Shown: piece by piece, positions 47,575 to 60,892 of the stretch
How the letters are laid out: every line of letters begins with the position of its first letter
Numbering within the stretch: position 1 is the first letter of the stretch
DNA from: Blepharisma stoltei ATCC 30299
Lineage: Eukaryota; Protista; Ciliophora
NCBI GenBank assembly: GCA_965603825.1
Contig: CBFDEM010000009.1
Coordinates: 434,001 to 498,000 of the forward strand
DNA length: 64,000 bases
Direction: 5' to 3'
Notes under the pieces: model-generated
Database searches by the model: none
What the model was told of the DNA's origin: nothing
The model's input: the letters and a program-made list of their open reading frames with translations, nothing else
Translations under genes and position numbers: made by a program

Positions 47575-50379
47575 ATGGGAGACATCTCCGAAGAAGTTAA
47601 AGACATCCGCAACAGCGTCGCTTATAGCATCATAACTGACCTCGAGCGTGAAGGAAAGCTTCATTCTCAAAGGTAATTCCTACATAGAGCTGAAGCCCTA
47701 AAAGAAAAATTCAAACGGTTGCACGAAGTCGTTGTCCAATCTTTCGAAAACGAAAAAATCCTGCTAAACAAAGCCAGAGACCTCCGTCAAGACCTAACCA
47801 AGCAGCTTCACAAGCTGGAATCCGTCTCCCAGCAGCAGTCTGAAACTTCTTTGTCCTTAGAAAGAATTAATAAAACCTTAGAAGACGTAACTTCTATATA
47901 GACTCAAGCTGAGCTTGACCAAGCTGAACAAAGAGTTCAAGTCTTAGAATGGGAAATTTCCCAAATTGAGCAGGACCGAAACGAAGCCTTAAATTACCTT
48001 TCCCAGCGTGAAGAAGAACAAGAAGCCAAACTTCGCCCTGAAATAGGCCGCCTTCAAAAATTGATAGAAGATATGAGAAACGATACCAAAGAGAGCGAGG
48101 ACAGGATTATTAAAGAAGAAGCCATCAAAAAAGAGCTTCAAGAAGCCATCACGTCGCTCAGCAAAGAAACAGAAAAATTGCAGGACGAGCTTGAAATGGT
48201 AACTTTATCATTAAATAAAGCAAAAACCGAGCCATTGAGGTTTGCGAAAAATGCTGATATTTTGGATAAAGCTATACATGTGATGGAAGGGGATTTAAAT
48301 AAGGTCAAAGCAGACTCAGAAACAGCTGATAATGAACTGTCAAAGCTTCATAAAGAAAAAGACGAGCTGACTAATCTTTTATTAGAAACCCAAGAAGAGC
48401 TGGGGAGGTGTAAAAGCATATATGATGATTATCAGAAAGAAAAAGACGATATCCACTATAAGAAAAACCAAGCTGGAGAGGTCGAAAAAGAGCTGAGAAA
48501 TAATATCGTAGAATTAGAAGTAAATTTAAAAGCAAATGAAGATGCTGTCAGAAGAGAAAGCGACAACAGCCAAGAACTTGGAAAACAGCTATATCACTTA
48601 AAAAAAGAATACAAAAAAATAGAAAATCATAAGCGGCAAATGACAACTCAATTAAGCGATTTAAATAAACAAATGAGCGAAGCTGAAGAACGAGAAAACG
48701 CACTGGAGATGGATAATAGGAGACAAAAAGAAATTTTGGAAAAGCTGGAAGAGGAGCATGATATTATGAAGAAAAATACAATGGACAAAGAAGAGGACGA
48801 AAAAGATAAAATTGTGAAATTAGAAGAAATTAAAAAAGAGACAGAAAGCACAGAGAAAAAAGCACAAAATAAGAGGACGAAAGAAGGAAAGCTAGTAAAA
48901 GAGATGGAATGGCTGAGTTTGAAGAGAGAATATATGGCAAGGAAGGCAAGCCAAAATATTGCTCAGGCAAAAGAGACTTCTGAAGAGCTGAAAATTAAGG
49001 AGCTGCTGATGATTGATTTAAAGAAGAAAAAACAGGAAACTGATTTTAAGCTGAAAAGCTATATAGCGATGTATGACGAAGTAAAAAATGCAAGGAATAA
49101 ATATGTCAAACTTATACAAAATTCTTCTCAAGAGCTAGCAGAAACTAAAGAAAGAATAAAAATCTTGCAAAATGAAGTAGAAATCCTCAGAAACGAAAGC
49201 TCAGAAAAAGACAGAAAACTGAAAGAAGAGCGGCATAATGTGCAGCAAAGTCTGCATCAGAGGGACGGGCTAAGAGCAGAAATAAATAAGCTTGACTTTG
49301 CGGTAAAGCAAAAAGAAAGTTTAGTGACCCAAGAAGTAAATGAAATCAATAAGCTTAACGTTATTATTACATCCTTAGAAAAAGAAATGATTGAGCTGAA
49401 GCATAAATACGAAAATGTTTGTGAAAGCAGAAATTATACTGGAATTCAGCTTATTGATAGAAATGATGAGCTATGCATTTTATATGAAAAAGCAAATATA
49501 CAAGAAAGTATTCAAAAAAGAGGAGAAAGCGAAATTAGATCCAAAGAAGACGAAATCAGAATGATGAATTTAGAGCTCGCAGAAGTTAAACGCCACATCG
49601 AAGTCCTCAGAAAACAAATCCCAGAGGTCCCAAAACTCGCTGCTGAAGTAATTTCATTAAAATCCGAACTTGAAGCTGAAAAAGAAAAAGAAAAATGCTT
49701 AGCTGCTGACCTTGAAGATCCTTCAAATGCCAAAAGATTTAATGAACTCCCAGGTGAAGACCCTGATGAAGAAGCTTTAGAAGCCAAAATCCAAGTCCTC
49801 GAAGAGCGTCTTAACAACAAGAAAGAACAGCTGCTTGAAAAAGAGCTGGTCCTTGAAGAAATTACAAATCTTGCTGACAAACTTCGTGCCCAAGCCCTCA
49901 CAGGTCGTCAAGGGACCTTAGAACTTGCTGAAAAAGTCAACGATTTCCAATCCAGAATCAAAAAATTAACCAGAAAAATGATGGCAACTGTCAGCGAGCT
50001 TTCTATGTTCCAAGCTACCGCTATGAAACTCCAACAGGAAAAAGAACGCTTGGAAAATGTATTTGAAGACTCCCAAAAACGAGTCGAAAATAGTCTGCCG
50101 CCTACTGAAGACTGTGAAAAAGAATGGGAAAGAATGGAAAGAAATAACCTTTTGAGAGAAGAAGAAAGAAAAGCGAGAAAAGAAAGAGAAGAAGAAGAAA
50201 GATCGGCAACTGGCGCCATAACACAAAGCACAGCTGAGCCAAGGCTGAATTCTTATGTACCTGATGATGGCATTGGGCTGCCGAAACCTTATGGAGTCCA
50301 TACACCATTTGTTCCTACACAGCTGGGTGCAAATATGAGGCATTTCAGAAAACCTGTTGTGAAACCTATTGAAATTTAA
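47575..50379 (+). CDS. CCDC146: CCDC146/MBO2-like axonemal coiled-coil protein; introns 47673-47687, 47887-47901
   Basis: GIQLIDRNDELCILYEK; C-terminal LPKPYG...GANMRHFRKP..KPIEI. Confidence 0.88.
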
Positions 50380-50406
50380 AATAGATAAAAAAATTAAAAT
50401 ATTAAT

Positions 50407-51537
50407 ATGCAGGATATTATTGATATTGTGAAAAGACCGAGGTATTCGAGGAGTGGAAGAGCCAATGCGAAATTACCGAAGTGGCTGACATATAAACCTA
50501 AAAAAAGGACAAGGGAAGAACCGGAAAGAGAACATATAACTCCTAAAGATGCAGCACAAATTTATGAAGATATTAAAATTGAAATAAAAGAAGAAACCAG
50601 TAAACATTCAAAACATGACATCGGTAGCTATTTCTTTCAAACAGTTTCTCGAGAAAAACGTGAACAAACCAATAAATATATAAAATCTGACGCACCTCCA
50701 GTTGCAACTTACACCCCAAAACATGATTTAGTAAGCCCTCGTGTATACTCACAAGTCGCTTTTACGCCTAAAGTGACTGTTGAAAAACGCACTCCAATTG
50801 TGTATCTCCCAGAATGCCTCGATACCAATGAATTAGCTTGCAAATACCCAGAAAAACCTTTATCAGCCAAAGGTACGAGAAGCTTAAATAGTTTATCTAT
50901 AAAAGATTTCTTTAATACTTTATCTACAAGAGAAAGCCAAGTCAAAGACTCATTTTACCCAGAATCTGCAAGACCACATACAGCAGAGTTTAGATTTAAT
51001 GCACAATTGCCGAGAAAATGGTCAGTCCAGCAGCTTCATGACATGAGATTTGAAAATTTCAATCATTTTCCGAGGTCTTATTCAAAAAGCAGGATTATAA
51101 AGACTCCAATTTTTGAAAAGACCGTGGGGAGAGAAAACTTATGAAGTGACGTTCCAGTAAATGATGGAAATTATGATTTAAATTTTGAGCTTTTGAAGAA
51201 AAAACTGTCCATTGGATTTGTTGATTTTGAAAAAATGAGCTCAAGATTTGGAAAAGATCCTGATCCTGGCCCTATGCCACCAACAACTGAAAGACTAGCA
51301 AATGCAATTGAGAAAATAAAGCCCAGAATTAGAACACCCTATATTGCACAAAGGCCACAGATAGTCGAAAAAGCGAGAAGTAACTCAGGTAGAGTATCAA
51401 CCGCAAGACTCCAAGAAAGAGCATATTCTCCAGAGCTTACTGATAGGAGAACCAAAGCAATAATAATCGAAAAAACGCCTGAAGAAATACCAATTGGAAA
51501 AGAAGTCCAAATGTTGATGAGTAGCCAGGCATTTTAA
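50407..51537 (+). CDS. Hypothetical basic protein (possibly SHIPPO/ODF3-like ciliary)
   Basis: Two ORFs joined by TGA 51142; contains an APPVATYTP motif. Confidence 0.6.
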
Positions 51538-51570
51538 TAAATTTTAGATAATTAATTTACAGTTATAATA

Positions 51571-52800
51571 ATGCATCTTAAGAATATCAGTCTCCCAGCC
51601 TCATCAGTCTGGGCCCACGACTATGCTTTTAACTTGCATAAGCAAAGACTCAAACTGATAAAGCTTACCCCATCAAATAGGGTTGATAACTCAGAGCCTG
51701 CAACGAAAAGGTTTATGACTTGCAAGCATCGTGGACAAGCGTTCTTTGAAAGCGAAATAAATAAGACCATTCAAATTGATAACCAAAAATTACTTGGAAA
51801 ACTCACATGAATATCAAATAGAAAAAGAGTACAAATCATATAGGCTTTATCAATGACATTTAGAGAGTCCACATCTCCACCTAGAAGTCTCAATTTTGTA
51901 TCAAGAAAACGTGAAGCTGAACGAATTTTGCTAGAAAATCACTCATTTATGAGGAGGTTAAGCGAAAAACCTTCTAGTGTTTCTTTGAATAAGTTTAGGT
52001 ATGAGTATGAGAGAAATATGAAATATAAAGCAAATGCGTCAAAAATGAAGTTTAATGTGCTGGGAAATAAAATAGGCAAAAAAGCAAATTTATTGCCACC
52101 TTTGACTGAGCAGCCAAGAAAACTAAGAAGCATCTCGTTAAAACGCGAGTCTAAGACTGATAGAAGCAATTTATCAATGACTGATAGACGAACTAAAGAT
52201 GTGTCAAAAGGAAGCATTTCTCCAAAAGAAACTGCAATAAAACCTGAAAACTACATGCAGAAAGTTATAAAAGAAAAGAAAAGTGAGATAAAAATTGATG
52301 AAAATAAGCAAGAAAATAAGCAAGAAAATGCAGGGATGTTTTTAACAGAAATTACACCCATGCATAAAGAAGAGATAAAACCAATTGAAATTTTTGATGA
52401 AAAATATAATAAACCAATAATAAATGTTGAGGAAAAACAAAAAAATCCTCAAGAAAATCATACAGATGTTATAGAAGACAAAGAAAATTTTGAAACTATT
52501 CAAGAGCCAAAAGAAGAAACCAAAGAAAATTTGGAGATTAATCAAGAGCTAAAACAAGAAACTAAAGAAAATTTAGAAATTAACCTTGAAGAAACTAGTC
52601 CAGAAGAGATACAAGAAAACAATGAAGAAGTCTTTGCTGAAGAAAATAATCCTGAAATAGTAAATGAAGAGCCGCCAATGACTAAAAAAGAAAAAACCCC
52701 AATCGCCAATGAGTACGCAGAAGTTTCTTCAGAATCTTCTGGCCTAAATAAGCAAGAAGAAAACCTTCCAGCTTCAATTGAAGAAGAAATTGCTTCCTAA
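51571..52800 (+). CDS. CFAP97/KIAA1430-domain protein with acidic tail; intron 51829-51843
   Basis: HKQRL..I...VDNSEP, I..DNQKLL.KL, SLNF.SRKRE..RI..EN....RRL. Confidence 0.78.
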
Positions 52801-52835
52801 AATAATTTTTTATAAAAATTCATATTAAATTCAAA

Positions 52836-53708
52836 ATGCTCGAATCTCTATCTAAAAATCAAGAAATTCACTCTTTTCTCAAACTCTACCCAAAAGCACA
52901 ATGAAACCAATGTCTAGAAGCAATAATCGTCTATGGAGTCCAAACCCTTCAAAAAAAATACCCTTACGGCCTCTCTTATCAGTTACTTCTCTCCATCACA
53001 GGCCTCGATTTGCAGCTTGAGCGGAATCATTCCCACTCAAACCTCCGCACAAATTCAGAAAAATCCAAAAAAGAGCCAAAAACTCAGGATTCTACCAAAA
53101 AAAAGCGCCCTGAGTCTTCCAAAGTCCTTAAATCAAGCTCATCCAGGCCATCTTTATACCCAAATTCCAAGAGAAACTACCAAGAAGTCCCATCCAAAAT
53201 AAAAGAAGACGTAAATAAAGATATTGCTATATATAAGTATAAGATGGAAGTATCAAGGACTTCTCTAAAAGGCAGAAATGAGAGTGAAGACCGGAGAAGT
53301 TCAGGAATCCAAACAGACAGAAGCTATGGAAAAGAAGAACAGACCCCCAGCTGGGAAAATAAAAGCCTTTACAATGAGCAAAACAGCCATAAGAGTAAAA
53401 TACAAATTTCTGAAAAAATCAAAGAGCCCAAAACAGTTGCATTAGAAACAGCAAAAAATCTGTTTAGATATGTCCACCCTACAAAAGAAGCCAAATATAA
53501 AGAAATTCCAGCAGAAAAAACAGAAAATAAAGTGCTTAAAATTGCTGACCAATTTTTGAAAAACCCAGTTACAAGCTACTTGGCTAAAAACCAAGGGATG
53601 TTTTCAGTCCCTCACTCCCCGAAGTTTTTAGAAAGGCTGATGTCTCCTGAAAGTAACTTATTATCAAGCGTAGAAATGCTGAGTCCTACATATTATATGG
53701 ACACTTAA
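52836..53708 (+). CDS. Hypothetical protein
   Basis: Open from ATG 52836 through one TGA into the 53010 ORF. Confidence 0.65.
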
Positions 53709-53751
53709 AATTAATTAAGCCTTACAATTCCATAAATTTTAATCATAATAA

Positions 53752-54741
53752 ATGAATAAAATAGCTAGCAGGAGATGGCTTCATGTACTTGGCCCAGCTC
53801 AGCACAATTTAGGCTTCATAATTGTCCCACAGCAAGAAGCTATCGTCATAGAGAGACTAGGCAAGTTCCGCACAATCCTCAGCCCAGGCTTAAACGTCTT
53901 AATCCCTTTTCTCGATAAAATCATGTATCGTCACTCTCTCAAAGAAGAAGTCTACCAAATTTCGTCACAGATGGCAATCACAAAGGACAATGTTACTATA
54001 AACCTTGACGGGGTTTTGTATTTAAAAATTATAGACCCTTATAAAGCGTCGTATGGTGTCGGAGACCCAGTTGAGGCCATGAAACAACTGGCGCAGACCA
54101 CTATGAGGTCAGAATTAGGGAAACTTACATTAGATAGGACTTTTGAAGAAAGGGAAACATTGAATAACGCAATTGTGGACGCTATCAATGAAGCTGCAAC
54201 TGAATGGGGGATTAAGTGTATGAGATATGAAATCAGGGATATTACAACCCCAGCGAATATTAAAAAAGCTATGGAACTTCAAGCAGAAGCAGAAAGGCAA
54301 AAAAGAGCTGACATTTTGACCTCAGAAGGTAAAAAGCAAGCTGATATAAACTTAGCTGAAGGGTATAGACAGTCATCTATATTAAAAGCTGAAGGAGAAG
54401 CCAAAGCAATTATAACGAAAGCTAATGCTACTGGAGAAGGGATCAGGCTACTGAGGTTAAGTATATTGGAAGAAGGAGGTGATGATGCTGTAAAATTAAG
54501 ATTAGCGGAAAAATATATTGAGGCTTTTAATGGGATGGCCAAAAAGAACAATACTATGATCGTGCCAAGTGAGTCTGGAAATGTAGCAGGGACAGTCGCA
54601 CAAGCATTGGGGGTGTATTCACAGATGGGAGGAAGAGCTAATAAAGAAGCAGCAACAAAAGCTGCGAAAAATGTGAAAACAACGCAGTTCAATGATCCGA
54701 TTTTAGACAGCAGTGCAACTGAAGAAGAAAAGCCTAACTAA
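53752..54741 (+). CDS. STOML2: Stomatin-like protein 2 (SPFH/band 7), mitochondrial
   Basis: VPQQEA.VIERLGKF, AITKDNV, QLAQTTMRSELGK, WGI.C.RYEIRDI, AER.KRA. Confidence 0.95.
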   Translation: MNKIASRRWLHVLGPAQHNLGFIIVPQQEAIVIERLGKFRTILSPGLNVLIPFLDKIMYRHSLKEEVYQISSQMAITKDNVTINLDGVLYLKIIDPYKASYGVGDPVEAMKQLAQTTMRSELGKLTLDRTFEERETLNNAIVDAINEAATEWGIKCMRYEIRDITTPANIKKAMELQAEAERQKRADILTSEGKKQADINLAEGYRQSSILKAEGEAKAIITKANATGEGIRLLRLSILEEGGDDAVKLRLAEKYIEAFNGMAKKNNTMIVPSESGNVAGTVAQALGVYSQMGGRANKEAATKAAKNVKTTQFNDPILDSSATEEEKPN

Positions 54742-55111
54742 ATTATTCTACTTAGTTAGTTCTAATCTAAAGATTTCAGAGTCGAATTTTAGTGGAGCAC
54801 TAGCTCGGTATGTAAGAATTAGCATTTCTTTGCGAGCATGGCTTATGAAAAGATAAACTTTCTAATGTAGAAGAAGTCCTAATGGGTTAGAGGTAGTTTT
54901 AATTATATCTGAGCCTTATTAATGACTCAAAAATCTCTACAGAAGTATTGATAAATGCAGAACTAGATCTCAATAATAGATAAAATCTGCTTTTCTGCCT
55001 TTAGGAAAAATCTAGCAAATATCAGGCCAGCCTGAGACAGGTCGAAGTTAGTATAAACTTTTCTAATTTAATATAACTTGACATATTTATACTTGGGATT
55101 CTACAATAAAT

Positions 55112-56599
55112 ATGAGTGGCATTTTAGAACTTAGTTTCTGTATCTTGGCTTGAATAACGAATGCCTGAGATGCTGTATTCTCAAAGATCTTAAAATTTCC
55201 AAAGAGGTCATGAGCTATAAGTTTGTTTGCCGCATCTCCTATTGCTGCTTATTTTATGTATTCTAAACTAAAAAAAGTCTCTCAAAATCATCAAAGAAAA
55301 GAAGAATATATACCATACTGAGTTTTATATAATTTATTAAACAGAAAAAGTCTCTTTAATGACTTCAACTTATATCAAATAACTACCAGTGAAGAAGAGT
55401 CTGAGAATCTTAAAAGAGAGCTAAAAAATGATTTCGAAGTCATTTCTTCGCCCCCTATTCATATAAAAAAGCCAGGAAGTGAAGATATAGTCCAAGTAGA
55501 AAATAGAGAAGGATTTAAAATAAAAGAAGATAAATACCCAATCTTTATTTGCTGGGAAATTGCGAGGTCTGCGTTAAGTTATTTGAAAACTGATATTTTA
55601 CTCCCAAATAAGCCAGGAGTTATTATTCCATTTTATAAACATAATCAAGGATTCAGGAAAGAATCCAAAGAAGAGCAAGGTGTGTTGTGCATTGAGTCAA
55701 ATTTAGATTCCAAGCATGAAATTATTACAGAAATAAAAAATTGGGCAAAAAATAAGAACCGTCCAGCAGAATTCATAAAACCTCTAGGACTGCCTAATAT
55801 TGGAGATACTTGCTATATGAATGCTTTAATTCAAGCATTATCTATCATGCCGCAATTTGATTCAGTCCTTTCTTCGCTTAACTCATCCTTATTTGCATCT
55901 CTTGCAGAAATTCTCACAGCATTGAAAGCGAGAAATAAAAATTTTGATTACAGAAAATATTTGACAGAATTTCAAAGCAAAATTATTGAGAAATTTCATA
56001 TGGTATCATTTATTTAGTTTTTCGCCCATGCTCAGCATGATACTAAAGAGTTATTTAATGTTCTCATTGATGAAATAGTGTCAAATTTTGAAGAGCACCA
56101 AGATAAATTTACAATTTTCACCACAAAAAAGTTCTATTGCATAAAAGGCCATGATCCAGCAGAGAATAAGGAAAGTCAGTTATTTTTAGTAATTCCTGAA
56201 AATTCTCTTGAGGATATTGATGCTCATGTAAGAAGGGATCATTATTTTAAGGACAAAAATCAAACTTGGTGTGATACTTGTGGGAATATGAGAGATACGG
56301 AATTAAAAGTTGAGAGCGTGAAATATCCTTTGAATCTAACTATTTATGTTCCTGGGAATGGAGTGATTCGGGAGCCAAATCATAAAATTACACTGGATAA
56401 TGAAAAATATTATTTATATGCAGTTATTTGTCATTCAGGAAGTAATTTATTTGGTCATTATTGGGCACATTTACTTATAGATGGCAAATGGATTGAATGC
56501 AATGACAGTATTGTTCGGGAAAAATCACCAGATTTATCAAGCTGTTATATGCTTTTTTATTCTAAAGAGTTAATTAAGCCTCACAATAAACTTTCATAA
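55112..56599 (+). CDS. Ubiquitin-specific protease (C19) copy 1 with N-terminal hydrophobic anchor; intron 56003-56017
   Basis: GLPNIGDTCYMN, QHD..E, GHYWA, WIECND. The 5' extension runs through four TGA to ATG 55112. Confidence 0.85.
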
Positions 56600-56910
56600 A
56601 ATTTAGAGTTTTATTAATATATAGAATTATATAGGAATCAAGATTGATAGAGCTGAAATCTGCCAGCCAAAATTTGAAACTTTTCTTATTAAATTTTGAA
56701 TTAATATTGCGGCTTGTCTTTTGAGCAGAAATTTGGCTTTAGCGATTTAACTAAAATATTGGTCCGAGTTAAGGATAAATTCCCTAGATTAAGCTAGCAA
56801 AATTAAGCAATTATCCATGATAATTTTGCTACGAATATATAAAATTATTTTAAAATATAAGTAGTTTTCTATAGAGACTTCAAGATTAATTCAATATAAA
56901 CTTAAACTGA

Positions 56911-56934
56911 AATTGTAATTGTAATTGTAATTGT
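56911..56934 (+). repeat. (AATTGT)4 microsatellite
   Basis: Direct reading of the sequence. Confidence 0.85.
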
Positions 56935-57105
56935 AATCTATATTGAAAATTAATAATTTTAGAAAAATTTACAACGGAAATTACAATACTAAAGCACCAA
57001 AAGTTGTTTCTATGTACAAAGACAATAGTAAATTTAAGGATTATTTGTTTAAATAGTCAAGAGCAGATTTTAGATAATCCAATAAATTTGTAGATTTCAA
57101 TAAAT

Positions 57106-58090
57106 ATGGGCATCATCTCTCCTGTCTTTCGCGACAATGATTATGATTATCCAACCTCACAACGAAAAGGGATTCCAAACATTGGAAATACTTGCTATAT
57201 GAATTCTGTCGTCCAAGTATTAGCAAGCACTCCTAATTTCTTATAATAAATTGGAAAAATTATTTCCTTCTTTGATGTACCAATTTCTAATCCACATAAA
57301 TTCAATAAAACACCAACACAGAAAAACTTGGCCATGGAAGAGATTTTACAATTTTTTTCCGAAAAATATAGCAAACTTAGAAAATACAACAAAACCTGAA
57401 TTAGTTTCTTTAAAAAATCTTATACAAGGCTTGAATATAAGCGACAGCTCATCAAACTTATCAGATTTGGTGGTTGATTTTAAAAATGAGATTTCCAAAT
57501 CATACCCAATGGTAATTTTAAAATAGTTTAGAGGTGCTCAAGAAAATGACGCAATAGAATTGCTAGTAATCATACTATCCATGCTAGATGAAAATGAAAT
57601 GGTAAAAAACCCATTCAATATCATTTACAACAGAGTATTTAAATGTGAAAATAAACATAAATTTCTTAAAAAAGAAGAAACAAATTTAATCCTGATTCCA
57701 AAGGGAGCCGGCATTCAAGCACACCTGAAAAATGTTAAAAAAGAAGAAGAGTTCATAGGAGACAATAAGCTCTATTGTGAAGAATGCAAAGAAAATAAAG
57801 ATATTATTCTTAAGACAGAAAGAATTGTGTGCCCAAAGATCTTGATTCTTTATATTGCTAATGATGAGAATCACCAAAATAATACTAAATGTGTGAAAAA
57901 AGTTACATTTGGGGAGAATTTGTACTTGATGTATGCTGTTATATGCTATGACTCAACAATTCCGCATTTTTATGCATATGAAAGGATTGGAAAGAAATCT
58001 TGGTGCGAATATAATGATAATTATACAAGTATATCAGATAGTTTTCCTGAGGAAAAAGCTTATCTTTTGTTCTATCGATTAAAAGATTAA
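57106..58090 (+). CDS. USP copy 2, interrupted by a 127-bp TA-bounded insertion; intron 57512-57526
   Basis: GIPNIGNTCYMN, ENDAIE, PHFYA, WCEYND. Confidence 0.8.
57242..57370. mobile_element. IES-like insertion, TA-bounded, 127 bp plus one TA
   Basis: Both ends read TATA with a weak inverted repeat (GGAAAAA..TT / AATTTTTTTCC). Excision leaving one TA restores STPNFLANLENTTKPE in frame. Confidence 0.7.
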
Positions 58091-58229
58091 AATTTTATAA
58101 TATAACGATTTCTGAGTTAGCAAGTTTATTATTATAATTGCAATATTATTATATATAAGTTAAAATTTTATTTATAGTCAAATAATTTTCAGTCTTAGTC
58201 TATAAGTTGATATAAATTTAGGCACAGCA

Positions 58230-59110
58230 TCACTTTTACTTATAAAAAAGCATATAGGCAGATCATAATCAGGATCTTCTTCATCAACAAAAGAGTCATT
58301 ATATTTGGTCCATCTTTTATCATCTGCATTTAAAGTAAAAGCAATATAATAATCATGCTTCCACTACCATAATAGCATATAACTACAAATAAGTCATACT
58401 CTTATATAAGTCTTTGGAACTCTCCCTTGATTTGAAGTATCCGCAGCATAAAACACCAAATATTCAGGAGGTCCAGGCTATAGCTATTATTTAGTGCTAT
58501 CTGCATAATCGCACTAACAAAATATTCATTCCAATTTTGGTTTCTTTTCTTTTATATTTTTTATGCATTTTTCTGAGTTCAGTTTGCTATTCTGAGGTAT
58601 TATTAAAACTAACTGTTGATCTTCCTTTATCATCTTTCACAGATAAATAGATTAATTTATTGTATCAAGAAGAAACTTTGTTCTGCACATGTCTGAAAAA
58701 AATTCGTCAATTAAAATATTGTAAAATTCTTTGCATTAAAGATAATTATTGTAATAAATTTAAATAGCTCAAGAAATTCGCTTTCTTACTATTTTTCATT
58801 TATATCTAAGGGATTTCAGTGTAGAAATTTAATTAGATAAATTCTTTGCAATCAATTAGAGCTATAGTTCTAAGCTATATACAATTTACCATTGGATATT
58901 TTTGCTTAAGCGTATTAATTAAGCCTTCAAGATAGTGCTTAAATCTCCTAGGATCCCATTGATAAAATGAGATTAAAAATTTTTGATAAGCATTTAAAAA
59001 AATTGCTGCTTGATTTTGATACGATGCCTACCAATTTTGGAATACATCCGAGAACTTGAATAGCTGAATTTAAATATCAATTTGAATAATTAATGATTCC
59101 AGCATAGTTT
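58230..59110 (-). pseudogene. Decayed USP paralog of 59777-60892
   Basis: Clear nucleotide similarity to copy 4 with deletions and stops. Catalytic Cys and His codons are lost, and a relic intron remains at 58875-58889. Confidence 0.85.
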
Positions 59111-59776
59111 AATCTGCATATTTTCTCTTCTCTAATAATTTTGGGATTCTCTGGGAGAGAGTGAAATATCATTATTATAGCTCGTAAATGATTATAATTC
59201 CCTATAGGAATATGCCCCTTATCACGAGAAGCATTTCTGCTTAGATATTAAGCATTATTGATAGATTTAGCAAAAAAAATGATTTTGTAGATCATTTTGA
59301 CATTTCAAGCATCTGAAATGCTTTAACTTCTTAACGCAGGTAGAGCTATAAAGATAAGACGCTATATTATTTATTCTGCTAAAATAGTATTATAATAATT
59401 TTTTTTAATAGCTCAAGATTAGCATTTTAATCTTAACCAGAGCTCTTAATTTTATGGTATTTTATTTATATTTTCATTTAAAAAACAAATTTAAAAAAAC
59501 TCTCCGTGAGCTCTGCTTTAACATATCCTTGTTTTCCTAAGATTTCAATGCTATCCCCAAGATTTCAACCCCCTATTAAATTATAAACCTTTTTAATATT
59601 ATGAGCTTTGAGTAATAAGAAAGTCTTTATAATATATTAGTATTATATATAAGCTTATATTTTATTTAATTTCAGTGCTTAGAGCTATTTTGATTAATTC
59701 TTTTAAATTTAGCCTATTCCAAACTCAAGATAATTAAATTGATATATAGCATTCAATAGTTTTTTAAGTATAAATT

Positions 59777-60892
59777 TTAGCTTAATATTCTCTGCTTATA
59801 AAAAAGCATATAGGCGTGATCATAATCAGGATCTTCTTCATCAACAAAAGCGTCATTATATTTAATCCATTTTGCAACAGCATTCAGGGTAAAAGCAATA
59901 TAATGGCCAAAGCTTCCACTGCCATAATAGCATATGACTCCAAACAAGTCATAGTCGTTTCCTTCAGCTCTTATATAGGTCTTTGGAACTCTCCCTTGAT
60001 TTGAAGTATCTATAACATAAAATACCAAATATTCAGGCAGATTCAAGCTTTCTGTTATCATGCGAGTCTTAATTATTTCCCCACATTCATTACAAAATAA
60101 TTCATCTTCAAATTTCTTTTCTTTTATATCTTGTATGCATTTTTCTGAGTCCAACTTGTTATTCGGAGGTATTATTAAAAACAACTGTTCCTCTTCCTTT
60201 TGCATCTTGTGACCTTTGCCACAGATAAATAGATTAACTTTTTTTATCAAGAAGAAATTGTGTTCCTCACATGTACCAAAAAATTCGTCAATTAAAATAT
60301 TGTAAAGTTCTTTGCAATCATTTTGAGCCTTTATCTTAAACTAAATAAAAACTACGTCAGGATTTTTATTTCTAAGTCCATTAAGTAAGGCCTCTATCTG
60401 AGACTTACTAATACTAGAACGCTGATTTGATAAAACGAGGTTAATAATTTGAGATAAACATTTAAATATGTCGTCTTTTGATTTTGATATAAGATCCACA
60501 AATTTTGGAATGCACGCAAGTGTTTGAATAGTTGAGTTTAAGTAGCAGGTATTTCCATAATTAGGGATCCCAGCATTGTGAATAAATGCAATTTTTTCAT
60601 TTCATCTTTTGGGATTGGAATGCTTACTAACTTCATAGCTAGGACTCCCAGAATTATTAATTGGGTTGCCTTGTGGGGATCTTTCTTCATTCAAATTAGG
60701 AGCGATAAGTTGGCCTTCTTGATTCCGTCCTTCCTGAACAAAAGGTTGACTTTCTTCAGTTGTTGAATGATATCCGCTGCTATTGCTGCTTCGTTTTACA
60801 TATCGTATCACTATAAGGATAAGTACTACGAGCACAAAGCAGAATACAAGCCCACCCCCAACAATCAGTATTATTTTGACTAAATCATCCAT
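59777..60892 (-). CDS. USP copy 4 with N-terminal TM helix; intron 60341-60355
   Basis: Reading through TGA 60602 gives GIPNYGNTCYLN, QNDCKE, GHYIA, WIKYND. Confidence 0.88.

Noticed and set aside
49512-50343. Antisense ORFs over CCDC146, and similar shadows over AROM, RB, IPK and SLP-2
   Set aside because: These are Ser/Phe/Leu-rich mirror frames of Glu/Lys-rich genes.
52510-52590. Short internal repeat (ETKENLEIN x2)
   Set aside because: Ordinary low-complexity duplication in an acidic tail.
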